Source: Candidatus Saccharimonadota bacterium (lineage in GTDB: Bacteria > Bacteroidota > Bacteroidia > Flavobacteriales > Blattabacteriaceae). Taken from it: DNA of 32,000 nucleotides. Each line of letters opens with the position of its first letter. Position 1 is the first letter of the stretch. Position numbers and translations under genes: made by a program. Under the pieces are notes generated by a model, which saw only the letters and a program-made list of their open reading frames with translations, made no database searches and was not told where the DNA came from. This document shows positions 1 to 9,944 of this stretch, one piece after another. The stretch spans positions 210,001-242,000 of the forward strand of contig CP100318.1 in the NCBI GenBank assembly GCA_029851085.1, written 5' to 3'.

Positions 1-223
1 TAATACTCATTATTGCATCTTCCATACTCATACCTTCACCATTATCAATAGATTTAATTAATGTTTTTCCAGAATTATTTAGAACAAGATCAATTGCTTT
101 AGCTTTTGCATCTATTGCATTTTCCAAAAGTTCTTTAACTATTGATGAAGGACGATGAATAATTTCTCCTGCAGCTATTTGATTTATAATATTTTGTGGC
201 AAAATTTTAATTAAATTATTCAT
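1..223 (-). CDS. mutL: DNA mismatch repair protein MutL, N-terminal ~74 codons only (the rest lies left of the window)
   Basis: Reverse-strand ATG at 221-223. My translation is MNNLIKILPQNIINQIAAGEIIHRPSSIVKELLENAIDAKAKAIDLVLNNSGKTLIKSIDNGEGMS. It carries the MutL GHKL-ATPase N-terminal signature (NQIAAGE..RP.S.VKEL.EN.IDA). It is absent from the ORF track because the window edge truncates it. Confidence 0.85.
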   Translation of the reverse strand, partial: MNNLIKILPQNIINQIAAGEIIHRPSSIVKELLENAIDAKAKAIDLVLNNSGKTLIKSIDNGEGMSMEDAIMSI

Positions 224-281
224 AATTTTTTTTTAAAATAAATTATTTATGATTCAATAGTAGCTGCATTAGTTTAAAAAT

Positions 282-479
282 TCATTTTTTACTCTTACTA
301 AGTTTAGTATAAACTAAATTACCTTTATAATATAAATTATTATTTTTCCAAAAAGCTCTATGATATTGATGTACTTCATTGATATTAGTATCAATAGATA
401 ATTGTACTAAATTTAATTTATAATGTTTCCTTCTTTTATTAGTTCTAGATTTAGATTGTTTTTTTTTGGGATTAGCCAT
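282..479 (-). CDS. rpmF: 50S ribosomal protein L32
   Basis: 65-aa basic ORF. The N-terminus MANPKKKQSKSRTNKRRKHYK fits the bacterial L32 pattern. The stop is TGA. Confidence 0.85.
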   Translation of the reverse strand: MANPKKKQSKSRTNKRRKHYKLNLVQLSIDTNINEVHQYHRAFWKNNNLYYKGNLVYTKLSKSKK

Positions 480-512
480 AATAATTATTTATTTTAAATA
501 TAAAAAAATAAA

Positions 513-1790
513 ATGATTATGAATCATAAAGATAATATTTATTCTTTAATAGAAAAGGAAAAAGATCGTCAATTACGGGGGTTAGAACTTATTGCATCAG
601 AAAATTTTGTTAGTTCTGATATACTTAATGTAATAGGATCAATTTTAACAAATAAATATGCAGAAGGTTATCCTAATAAACGTTATTATGGCGGATGTGA
701 AATAATTGATAAAATAGAACAAATAGCTATTAATAGAGCTAAAAAATTATTTAAGGCAAATTATGCAAATGTTCAATCACATTCTGGGTCACAAGCAAAT
801 ACAGCAGTTTATTTAGCTTCTATTAAACCTGGAGATATTATTATGGGATTTGACCTAAGTCATGGAGGTCATTTAACACATGGTGCTTCGGTTAATTTTT
901 CTGGAAGTATATATCGTAGTATATTTTATGGATTAAATAAAGAGACAGGATTAATTGATTATGAAAAAATGAGTCTTATAGCTATAGAAAAAAAGCCAAA
1001 ATTAATAATTTGTGGAGCATCAGCTTATTCTAGAGATATAGATTATAAAAAATTTCGTGAAGTAGCTGATTATATAGGATCTATTCTTGTAGCTGATATT
1101 GCACATACAGCAGGTTTAATAGTTACAGGGCTTTTAAATCATCCTTTTCCACATTGTAATATAATTACTTCTACTACACATAAAACTTTACGTGGACCTC
1201 GTGGAGGACTAATTTTAGTAGGAAATGATTTTGAACATGAAAAAAGTTTAAAAAAACAAAAAATGTCTCAACTTATAGATAAAGCAGTATTTCCTGGATG
1301 TCAAGGTGGTCCTTTCGAAAATATAATAGCTGCTAAAGCTATTGCTTTTAAAGAAGCAATGACCAAAGAATATTTATTTTATGCTAAACAAATTATACGA
1401 AATGCTAAAGCATTATCAAAATCATTAATGGATAAAGGATATAATATAATTTCAGGAGGTACTGATAATCATTGTATACTTGTAGATTTGAGAAATAAAA
1501 ATATTACTGGAAAAGAAGCAGAAAATATTCTTGTTACTGCAGATATCACTTGTAATAAAAATATGGTTCCATTTGATAATAAATCACCTTTAATTACTTC
1601 AGGAATTCGTATAGGTACTGCTGCAATTACTACTAGAGGATTAAAAGAAAATGATATGGAAAATATCGCTAACTGGATAAATGAAGTAATAATTAATAAA
1701 TCAAATAATTTAAAAATTAAAAATATAAAAAATGAAATAAATAATTTTATGAAAAATTATCCATTATTTAATAATAAAATTTTAAATTAA
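513..1790 (+). CDS. glyA: Serine hydroxymethyltransferase
   Basis: 425-aa ORF with [32 protein letters not shown] and the PLP-lysine motif [14 protein letters not shown]. Confidence 0.97.
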   Translation: MIMNHKDNIYSLIEKEKDRQLRGLELIASENFVSSDILNVIGSILTNKYAEGYPNKRYYGGCEIIDKIEQIAINRAKKLFKANYANVQSHSGSQANTAVYLASIKPGDIIMGFDLSHGGHLTHGASVNFSGSIYRSIFYGLNKETGLIDYEKMSLIAIEKKPKLIICGASAYSRDIDYKKFREVADYIGSILVADIAHTAGLIVTGLLNHPFPHCNIITSTTHKTLRGPRGGLILVGNDFEHEKSLKKQKMSQLIDKAVFPGCQGGPFENIIAAKAIAFKEAMTKEYLFYAKQIIRNAKALSKSLMDKGYNIISGGTDNHCILVDLRNKNITGKEAENILVTADITCNKNMVPFDNKSPLITSGIRIGTAAITTRGLKENDMENIANWINEVIINKSNNLKIKNIKNEINNFMKNYPLFNNKILN

Positions 1791-1847
1791 AAAAAAAATA
1801 AATAGTTATATTGTTTGCATAATTATTGTTTTGTAAAACAAAATAAT

Positions 1848-4249
1848 ATGGAAAATATCTTTATTGAAGAATCTGAATCAGATTTTATTCCTTTATTGAG
1901 TCAAGATGAAGATGATAATATTATTAATGAAACTAATTCGAAAAATAAAAATAAATATATAAATATATTATATGTACGTCATATTGTATTATTTCCTTTT
2001 GTAGTTACTACTCTTACAATAAGTAATAATATTTTAATTGAATTATTACATAAAATTTATTATTCAAATAAATCAGATAAAATTGTAGGTATACTAACAC
2101 AAAAAAATAAAATTGAAAATCCTACTGAAAAAGATTTATATACTATTGGTACAGTTTCTAAAATTTTAAAATTATTAAAATTACCGAATGGTAATATTAC
2201 AGTAATAATAAAAGGAATTTATCGTTTTAAAATTAAAAAAATTATTTACAATAAAACTTACTTAAAAGCAGAAATTATACCTTTATGTGAAGAAAAATCT
2301 TTATCTGATAAAGAATCTATTGCTTTAATAGCTGCTATTAAAGAGATTACAATCAAAATAATACAAAAAAATCCTAACATACCTTCAGAAACTAATTTTG
2401 CTATACGTAATATTGAAAGTTATTCTTTATTAATTAATTTCATAGCTACTAATATGCATTTATCAATTGATAATAAACAAAAATTACTTGAATATGATAA
2501 TTTAAAAAAAAGAGCTATGGAAATTTTTCGTATTTTAAATATTGAATATCAATATTTAAAATTAAAAAATGATATACAATCTCGTGTACGTAATGATATT
2601 GATCAACAACAACGTGAATATTTTCTTCATCAAGAAATAAAAGCTATACAAGAAGAATTAGGAGATTTTTCTTATGAAAAAGAATTTAATGAATTACGTC
2701 TTAAAGGAAAAAAAAAAAATGGTCTAAAGAAGCTGAAAAACATTTTGAAAAAGAATTATGTAAATTACAACGTATAAATCCACAGATTCCTGAATATACT
2801 ATAATACGTAATTATTTAGATACGATGCTTGATTTACCATGGTATAAATATACTCAAGATAATTTTGATTTAAATCGTGCTAAAAAAATTCTTAATAAAA
2901 ATCATTATGGTATTGAAAATGTAAAAAAACGTATTATAGAACATTTAGCAGTTTTAAAACTTAAAAAAGATATGCGTGCCCCTATACTTTGTTTATATGG
3001 TCCTCCAGGGGTAGGTAAAACTTCTTTAGGAAAATCTATAGCTTTAGCGCTTAATAGAAAATATTTACGTATTTCTCTAGGTGGTGTACATGATGAAGCT
3101 GAAATTAGAGGTCATAGGAAAACATATATAGGAGCTATGCTTGGAAGAATGTTACAATCAATCAAAAAAGCTGGTACTTCTAATCCAGTTTTTATATTAG
3201 ATGAAATTGATAAATTAGGAATAAGTCATTATAATGATCCTGCTGCTGCAATGTTAGAAGTATTAGATCCTGAGCAAAATATGAATTTTTATGATAATTA
3301 TCTTGAATTAAATTATGATCTTTCTCAAGTAATGTTTATTGCAACAGCAAATTCACTTTCTCCTATTAGTCCTCCACTATTAGACAGAATGGAAATTATT
3401 GAAATGAATGATTATTCGGTGGAAGAAAAAATAAAAATTTTTAAAAAACATATTTTTCCTAAACAACTTAAAGAACATTGTTTAAAACATAATGATTTGT
3501 TAATTGGAATAAAACAAATTGAAAAAATTATTGAAAGTTATACACGTGAAGCTGGTGTTAGAAATTTAGAAAAATGTATTACAAAATTAATACGTTACGC
3601 TGTTACAAATATTGCTATGGGAAAAGAATATAAAAAACGTTTAACTATTGAATTAATAGAAGATATTTTAGGTCCTCCCCAAGATCCTACTCGTTATGAA
3701 GGTAACGATTATCCTGGTGTAGTAACAGGTTTAGCTTGGACAAATATAGGTGGAGATATTTTATTTATTGAATCTAGTTTATCTAAAGGTAAAGGTGAAT
3801 TAAGTATTACAGGAAATTTAGGAGAAATTATGAAAGAATCTGCTACTATAGCTTTACAATATATAAAAGCACATTATGAAGAATTTGGAGTTGATCCTAA
3901 AATGTTTGAAGAATACAATGTACATATTCATGTTCCAGAAGGTGCAGTACCTAAGGATGGACCATCAGCAGGAGTAACTATGCTAACTTCATTAGTTTCA
4001 AGTTATACTAATAAAAAATTAAGACCATATATTGCAATGACTGGAGAAATAACTTTAAGAGGTAAAGTATTACCCGTAGGTGGTATTAAAGAAAAAATAT
4101 TAGCAGCAAAACGTGCTAATATAAAAGAGATAATTCTTTCTAAGGGGAATCAAAAAGATATTAAAGAAATAAACCCCGATTATTTAAAAGGTATTACATT
4201 TAAATATGTTAATAATATGAATGAAGTAATTAATATTGCATTATTATGA
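1848..4249 (+). CDS. lon: ATP-dependent Lon protease, reading frame broken at an A12 tract (track ORFs 1815-2777 and 2825-4249 are two halves of one gene)
   Basis: The first ORF is the Lon N-terminal/LAN domain. The second has Walker [10 protein letters not shown], the catalytic serine motif KDGPSAG and the [13 protein letters not shown] lysine region. Reading the second frame back to nt 2720 gives [41 protein letters not shown], the conserved Lon linker, directly after the A-run. ATG 1848 (MENIF...) is a more likely start than the TTG at 1815. Confidence 0.9.
2708..2719 (+). other. A12 homopolymer that interrupts lon (candidate transcriptional-slippage site)
   Basis: Upstream frame: gga aaa aaa aaa aat ggt. 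Downstream frame: tgg tct aaa gaa, starting at 2720. 13 A (or 10 A) would give the continuous peptide [12 protein letters not shown]. Confidence 0.85.
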
Positions 4250-5466
4250 ATACTTTAGAAGTGAAAAATTCTACATTAATAGAATTATCCAAAAAATATG
4301 GTACTCCATTGTATATTTATAATGCAGATAAAATAGCATTACAATATAATACTTTACTAAAAGTATTTTCTAATATAGAAAAATTAAAAATTAATTATGC
4401 TTGTAAAGCAAATACTAATTTAAATATTTTAAAATTTTTGAAAAAACTTGGAAGTGGTTTAGATGCTGTTTCTATTCAAGAAATAGAAATTGGATTAAAA
4501 GCTGGTTTTGATCCAAATGAAATTTTATATACTCCTAATGGAGTATCATTTTCAGAAATAAATAAATCAATAAATTTAGGAGTAAAAATAAATATTGATA
4601 ATTGTTCTACTTTAGAATTTATTGGATTTAATAATATCAATTATCCTATAGGAATTAGAATTAATCCGCATATTATGGCTGGAGAAAATTATAAAATATC
4701 AGTAGGACATATTGATTCAAAATTTGGTATATCATATTATCAAATTCCATATATAAAAAAAATTATTGATAATACAGGTATTAATGTTAATGGAATTCAT
4801 ATGCATACAGGTTCTGATATTTTAGATATTAATTTATTTTTACGTGGAATAGATATTTTATTGGAAGTTGCACAAAAATTTATGAATATTGATTATATCG
4901 ATGTTGGTAGTGGATTTAAAGTTCCTTATAAAAAGGAAGATAAAAAAACAAATATTAATATTGTAAGTTCTATTATAACTAAAAAATTTAATTCTTTTTG
5001 TAAAAAAATTGGAAAAAAACCTACTTTGATATTTGAACCTGGAAAATTTCTAGTAAGTGAATCTGGATATTTTTTAGTAAGCGTAAATGTTATAAAACAT
5101 ACAATTTCTACAGTTTTTGCTGAAGTCGATTCAGGTTTTAATCATTTAATACGTCCAATGTATTATAATGCATATCATGATATTCAAAATATTTCTAATC
5201 CATTAGGTCGTTTACGTTTATATACGGTAGTAGGTTATATATGTGAATCTGATACTTTTGGATTGAATCGTCAAATAAATGAAATACGTGAAGGTGATAT
5301 TTTATGTATAAAAAATTCAGGAGCATATTGTTTTTCAATGTCATCAAATTATAATTCACGTTATCGTCCATCTGAAGTATTAATATATAAAGGAAATGAT
5401 TTTCTTATTAGAAAAAGAGAAACTTTACAAGATCTTATTCAAAATATTGTTGAAATAGATTTTTAA
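4246..5466 (+). CDS. lysA: Diaminopimelate decarboxylase
   Basis: 406-aa ORF with the PLP-lysine context [14 protein letters not shown] and EPGK. Its ATG overlaps the lon stop (ATGA, 4246-4249). Confidence 0.93.
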   Translation: MNTLEVKNSTLIELSKKYGTPLYIYNADKIALQYNTLLKVFSNIEKLKINYACKANTNLNILKFLKKLGSGLDAVSIQEIEIGLKAGFDPNEILYTPNGVSFSEINKSINLGVKINIDNCSTLEFIGFNNINYPIGIRINPHIMAGENYKISVGHIDSKFGISYYQIPYIKKIIDNTGINVNGIHMHTGSDILDINLFLRGIDILLEVAQKFMNIDYIDVGSGFKVPYKKEDKKTNINIVSSIITKKFNSFCKKIGKKPTLIFEPGKFLVSESGYFLVSVNVIKHTISTVFAEVDSGFNHLIRPMYYNAYHDIQNISNPLGRLRLYTVVGYICESDTFGLNRQINEIREGDILCIKNSGAYCFSMSSNYNSRYRPSEVLIYKGNDFLIRKRETLQDLIQNIVEIDF

Positions 5467-5471
5467 TATTA

Positions 5472-5556
5472 GGAGAGATGGCAGAGTGGTTAATTGCGAC
5501 GGTCTTGAAAACCGTAGAGGATAATACCTCCGGGGGTTCGAATCCCTCTCTCTCCG
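5472..5556 (+). tRNA. tRNA-Ser (anticodon UGA), class II with long variable arm; no encoded CCA
   Basis: Acceptor GGAGAGA/TCTCTCC, anticodon loop CTTGAAA, variable arm GTAGAGGATAATACCTCCG, T-loop GGTTCGAATCC, discriminator G. Confidence 0.93.
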
Positions 5557-5735
5557 CATTTATAAATAATTTATTATAAATGAAAAACATGATAATTTTA
5601 TTATAAAATTATTATAATAGAATCATTTCATATGATGTTTATTTACAATCTAGAAATACGTTTATCTGTTCCATGATATAATTTACATACATTTGTAAGC
5701 TATTGATGCTTTAATTAAAAAAAAATAAATTCAAT

Positions 5736-6818
5736 ATGGAATTGAATATAATTGGACAAGAAAAAATAAAAAAGTATTTATTATATACTATTAAAACTAA
5801 TAGAATTCCAAATGCATTATTTTTTGTTGGTCCAGAAGGATGTGGAACATTGCCAATGGCTTTAGTATATATTAAATATTTATTTAAATATAAAAATATA
5901 AATCCATTTTACTATCTTAATCATCCTGATGTGTATTGTCTTTTTCCAATTCCACTAATATATAATAAAAATTTTTTATCAAATTGGATAACTTTTATAA
6001 AAAACAACCCTTATGGTAGTTTATTTAATTGGATTAATTACCTAAATTTAGGAAATAAACATATACAAATAAGAGTAGAAGAAACTAAAGAAATTATCAA
6101 AAATATTTATTTAAAATCTTATAAAGATACTCGTAAAGTTGTAATAATTTGGATTCCTGAACTTTTACACATAGCAGCAGCAAATAAATTATTAAAAATT
6201 ATGGAAGAACCACCATCAAAAACTATATTTTTACTTATTGGAGAAAATGAAGAAAATGTATTATCAACAATTCGTTCTAGAACACAAATTATTAGATTTA
6301 ATAAATTAACATTTGATCAAATAAAAAATGCTTTACAAAAAGAAATTTTACTTAATGAAAAACAATCAGAATATATAAGTAGTAAAGTTGATGGTAATTG
6401 GAATATTGCTTTAGAATTATCTAAAGGAATTGAAAATAATAAAATTTTTGAAATTTATTTTAATTTTTTTATTCAAAATGTTTTAAAAGCTAAATCAACA
6501 CCTAAAGTTTTAAAAAACTTTCTAAAGTTAAGTGAATTTATTCATAAATGGGAAAAAGAAAAAAAAAAAAAATTCCTAATTTATTGTTTAGAAATATTTA
6601 GAAAAATTTTAATAAGTTATTATTTAAATAAAAAAATAGATAATATAGATAATTCTAAATATTTATTTTCTTTGATTAATATTAAAAATATACAAAATAT
6701 AATTTCATTAATTAATGAAGCTATTTATCATATAAATAAAAATGCTAATAGTAAAATAGTTATATTTGATTTATCAATCAAAATTACTAAATCTATTTAT
6801 AATAAATATGGAATATAA
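5736..6818 (+). CDS. holB: DNA polymerase III subunit delta-prime
   Basis: 360-aa ORF with a clamp-loader AAA+ fold: degenerate P-loop GPEGCGTLPMA, LLKIMEEPP, and SRC-like STIRSRTQ. Confidence 0.85.
   Translation: MELNIIGQEKIKKYLLYTIKTNRIPNALFFVGPEGCGTLPMALVYIKYLFKYKNINPFYYLNHPDVYCLFPIPLIYNKNFLSNWITFIKNNPYGSLFNWINYLNLGNKHIQIRVEETKEIIKNIYLKSYKDTRKVVIIWIPELLHIAAANKLLKIMEEPPSKTIFLLIGENEENVLSTIRSRTQIIRFNKLTFDQIKNALQKEILLNEKQSEYISSKVDGNWNIALELSKGIENNKIFEIYFNFFIQNVLKAKSTPKVLKNFLKLSEFIHKWEKEKKKKFLIYCLEIFRKILISYYLNKKIDNIDNSKYLFSLINIKNIQNIISLINEAIYHINKNANSKIVIFDLSIKITKSIYNKYGI
6559..6572 (+). other. A14 homopolymer, in frame inside holB (encodes EKKKKF)
   Basis: The sequence reads gaa aaa aaa aaa aaa ttc in the holB frame. 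This is the longest A-run I found in the window. Confidence 0.9.
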
Positions 6819-7106
6819 TTTTAAATAAAAATGCTAATAGTTTTATCAATCAAAATTACTAAATCTATTTATAATAAATATGGAATATAATTTTAAATAA
6901 AAATGCTAATAGTTTTATCAATCAAAATTACTAAATCTATTTATAATAAATATGGAATATAATTTTAAATAAAAATGCTAATAGTTTTATCAATCAAAAT
7001 TACTAAATCTATTTATAATAAATATGGAATATAATTTTAAATAAAAATGCTAATAGTTTTATCAATCAAAATTACTAAATCTATTTATAATAAATATGGA
7101 ATATAA
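6819..7106 (+). repeat. Perfect tandem array, 4 x 72 bp, derived from the holB 3' end plus the leuS start
   Basis: Unit: ttttaaataaaaatgctaatagttttatcaatcaaaattactaaatctatttataataaatatggaatataa. Copies at 6819-6890, 6891-6962, 6963-7034 and 7035-7106 are identical by eye. The source copy lies in holB at about 6735-6752 plus 6770-6818. Confidence 0.95.
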
Positions 7107-9897
7107 TTTTAGGTATATAGAAAAATATTGGCAACAATATTGGAAAAAATATAAAATATTTCAAACTTTGAATATTTATAAAAAACCTAAATTTTATATT
7201 TTAGATATGTTCCCATATCCATCAGGATCTGGACTTCATGTAGGTCATTTATTAGGATATATAGCTTCTGATATTTATGCTAGATACAAACGATTACAAG
7301 GTTATAATGTTCTTCATCCAATGGGATTTGATTCTTTTGGTCTTCCAACAGAACAATATTCTATTCAAACTGGAAATCATCCTCAAAAAACTACAAATAT
7401 TAATATAAAACGATATAAAGAACAATTAAATAATATTGGTTTGTCTTTTGATTGGGATAGAGAAATACGTACTAATGATCCAAAATATTATCGTTGGACA
7501 CAATATATTTTTATACAACTTTTCAACCATTGGTATGATCATAATACTAATAGTGCTCAACATATAAATAAATTAATTAAAATTTTTGAAAAAAATGGTA
7601 ATTTGTCTATTAAAACAAATTATAAAAAATTTTCTTCTAAAGAATGGAAAAATTTTTCTTTAACCACTAAAGAAAATATTTTACAAATGTATAGGTTAGC
7701 ATTTTATTCCGAATCTATAGTAAATTGGTGTCCATCATTGGGAACTGTTCTTGCTAATGATGAAATAAATAATGGAAAAAGTAAACGTGGTGGTTATACC
7801 GTTTACAAAAAAAAAATGATACAATGGAATCTTAGAATTACAGCTTATGCTGAACGTATTTTAAAAGGATTAGAATATTTAGATTGGCCTAATTTTATTA
7901 AAGAATCACAAATTAATTGGATAGGAAAATCTATTGGAGTTAATATTATATTCAATATATTAAATCATAATTATACTATACAAATATTTACTACACGTCC
8001 AGATACAATATTTGGAGTTTCATTTATCGTATTATCTATTAATCATTCTTTAATTGAAAAAATAACTACTGTTGAACAATATGTTAAAGTACAAGAATAT
8101 ATAAAAAAAATTGAATCAAAAAATATAAATACCAATGATATTTATGGAGAATTTACTGGAGCTTATGCTTTGCATCCATTTACCAACACTAAAATTCCCA
8201 TATATATTAGTGATTATATTTTAGATTTTTATGGAACTGGAGCTATTATGGCTGTTCCTGCACATGATAAACGAGATCATAAATTTGCTAAAAAATTTGG
8301 ATTAAATATTTTAGAAGTAATTAAAAGCAATATTAATGTAGAAATTAAAGCTTATGATGCTAAAGAAGGAATTTGTATCAATTCTTATTTTATTAATGGT
8401 TTAAATGTAAAAGAAGCTATTAAAATAATAACAAAAAAAATTGAAGAAAAAGGGATAGGTTTTTCTATGATAAATTATCATTTACATGACGCGGTATTTT
8501 CTAGACAACGTTATTGGGGTGAACCAATTCCTATATATTTTAAACAAGGAATACCTAAAACAATTCCATTAGATAAATTACCTTTGATACTTCCAAATAT
8601 TGATAATTATTTTCCATTAAAAAATGGAAAATCTCCACTAAATAGAGCTAAAATATGGGCTTGGGATGAAATAAAACAAAAAGTTGTTTCTAATGATTTA
8701 ATAGATCAAAAACATGTATTTCCTATAGAAACTGATACTATGCCAAGTTGGGCAGGATCAAGTTGGTATTTTATACGTTATATGGATCCTTTAAATAAAA
8801 AAAATATTGTTAACCATGAAAATGAATCTTATTGGAAAAATGTAGATTTATATATAGGTGGATCTGAACATACTACAGGACATTTAATATACGCTAGATT
8901 TTATCATAAATTTTTAAAAGATATTGGTATTGTAAAAACAGAAGAACCTTTTAAAAAACTTATAAATCAAGGACTTATTTTAGGATATACTGCTTATATA
9001 GCACGTGATATTAAAAATAATATATTGATATCTGATGAATTAGTTAAAAAAAAAAATTTACAATTTATACAATATATACCCATTGATATAAATTTGTTGA
9101 AAAATAATAATGAATTAGATATAAAAAAATTTAGAAAATGGAACAATGAATTTTTTAAAGCAAACTTATATATGAAAAATAGATTGTTTTTATGTAAACG
9201 TAAAATGGAAAAAATGTCAAAATCTAAATTTAATATTATTAATCCAGATATTATTTGTGATAAATATGGTGCTGATACGTTAAGATTATATGAGATGTTT
9301 TTAGGTCCTTTAAGATATTCTAAACCATGGGATATACAAGGAATTACTGGTGTACATAATTTTTTAAAAAAATTTTGGATGTTATTTTATAATAAAAATG
9401 GTACATTTTATGTAGATGATAAACAATCACCTTCTAATAAAGAACTAAAAATATTACATAAGACAATTAAAAAAATTATAGATAATATGCATAATTTATC
9501 TTTTAATACTTCAATTAGTACTTTTATGATTGCAGTAAATAATTTACTGAAATTAAAGTGTAATAAACGTGTTATATTAGAACCATTAGTAATTTTGCTT
9601 TCTCCTTTTGCACCCCATATTTCTGAAGAATTATGGTGTAAATTAGGTCATAAATATTCAGTTAATTTGTCTAAAATTCCTAAATTTTGTTCAGAATATT
9701 TATCAGAAAAAAATATTACATATCCTATAATGATTAATGGAAAATTAAAATTCAAAATGGATTTTGAAATAGATGTTAAAACTGAAGATATTAAAAATAT
9801 AATATTAAATGATACCAAAATAATAAATTATTTAAATGGTAAAAAAATTAAAAATTTTATTTTTATACCAAAAAAAATAATAAATATTGTTATATAA
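7096..9897 (+). CDS. leuS: Leucyl-tRNA synthetase
   Basis: 933-aa ORF with the class I HIGH-type motif PYPSGSGLHVGHLLGY, the KMSKS motif (KMSKSKFN) and the CP1 editing domain region TTRPDTIFG. Confidence 0.97.
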   Translation: MEYNFRYIEKYWQQYWKKYKIFQTLNIYKKPKFYILDMFPYPSGSGLHVGHLLGYIASDIYARYKRLQGYNVLHPMGFDSFGLPTEQYSIQTGNHPQKTTNINIKRYKEQLNNIGLSFDWDREIRTNDPKYYRWTQYIFIQLFNHWYDHNTNSAQHINKLIKIFEKNGNLSIKTNYKKFSSKEWKNFSLTTKENILQMYRLAFYSESIVNWCPSLGTVLANDEINNGKSKRGGYTVYKKKMIQWNLRITAYAERILKGLEYLDWPNFIKESQINWIGKSIGVNIIFNILNHNYTIQIFTTRPDTIFGVSFIVLSINHSLIEKITTVEQYVKVQEYIKKIESKNINTNDIYGEFTGAYALHPFTNTKIPIYISDYILDFYGTGAIMAVPAHDKRDHKFAKKFGLNILEVIKSNINVEIKAYDAKEGICINSYFINGLNVKEAIKIITKKIEEKGIGFSMINYHLHDAVFSRQRYWGEPIPIYFKQGIPKTIPLDKLPLILPNIDNYFPLKNGKSPLNRAKIWAWDEIKQKVVSNDLIDQKHVFPIETDTMPSWAGSSWYFIRYMDPLNKKNIVNHENESYWKNVDLYIGGSEHTTGHLIYARFYHKFLKDIGIVKTEEPFKKLINQGLILGYTAYIARDIKNNILISDELVKKKNLQFIQYIPIDINLLKNNNELDIKKFRKWNNEFFKANLYMKNRLFLCKRKMEKMSKSKFNIINPDIICDKYGADTLRLYEMFLGPLRYSKPWDIQGITGVHNFLKKFWMLFYNKNGTFYVDDKQSPSNKELKILHKTIKKIIDNMHNLSFNTSISTFMIAVNNLLKLKCNKRVILEPLVILLSPFAPHISEELWCKLGHKYSVNLSKIPKFCSEYLSEKNITYPIMINGKLKFKMDFEIDVKTEDIKNIILNDTKIINYLNGKKIKNFIFIPKKIINIVI

Positions 9898-9944
9898 TAT
9901 TGTTATTATTACTAAATAATAATAGTAGTTAAAATAATAAGATT

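Noticed and set aside
1815-1847. The TTG-initiated N-terminal extension of lon in the ORF track (MHNYCFVKQNN), and likewise the TTG at 20914 for rluD.
   Set aside because: Both extensions are non-conserved-looking peptides that precede an ATG where the recognisable protein begins. The ATG starts (1848 and 20950) are more parsimonious, although they cannot be proven from sequence alone.
5557-5735. The 179-nt spacer after tRNA-Ser, the longest non-repeat spacer in the window. It contains an A/T-only palindrome (ataattttat-t-ataaaattat), an imperfect aaacatgat...atgatgttt inverted repeat, and a TAcaTTTG match (5688-5695) to the Bacteroidota -7 promoter consensus TAnnTTTG, 41 nt upstream of the holB ATG.
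   Set aside because: Pure A/T palindromes and one 8-mer match are expected by chance at this base composition. I found no TTTG -33 partner at the proper spacing and no GC-rich stems typical of structured ncRNAs (tmRNA, RNase P, SRP). It is plausibly the holB promoter region but is not supportable as a feature.
6819-7106. The 72-bp repeat array considered as a possible CRISPR array or mobile-element terminus.
   Set aside because: The repeats are directly contiguous with no unique spacers. The unit is plainly derived from the adjacent holB and leuS sequence. No cas, transposase or integrase gene and no inverted terminal repeats are present.
9893-9934. A direct repeat, aatattgttat (9893-9903 and 9907-9917), spanning the leuS stop, plus an A/T-only hairpin ttattatta-ctaaa-taataata just downstream. 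I considered it as a terminator.
   Set aside because: The stem is A/T only and therefore of very low stability, and there is no trailing T-run. Short direct repeats like this are common in such low-complexity DNA.
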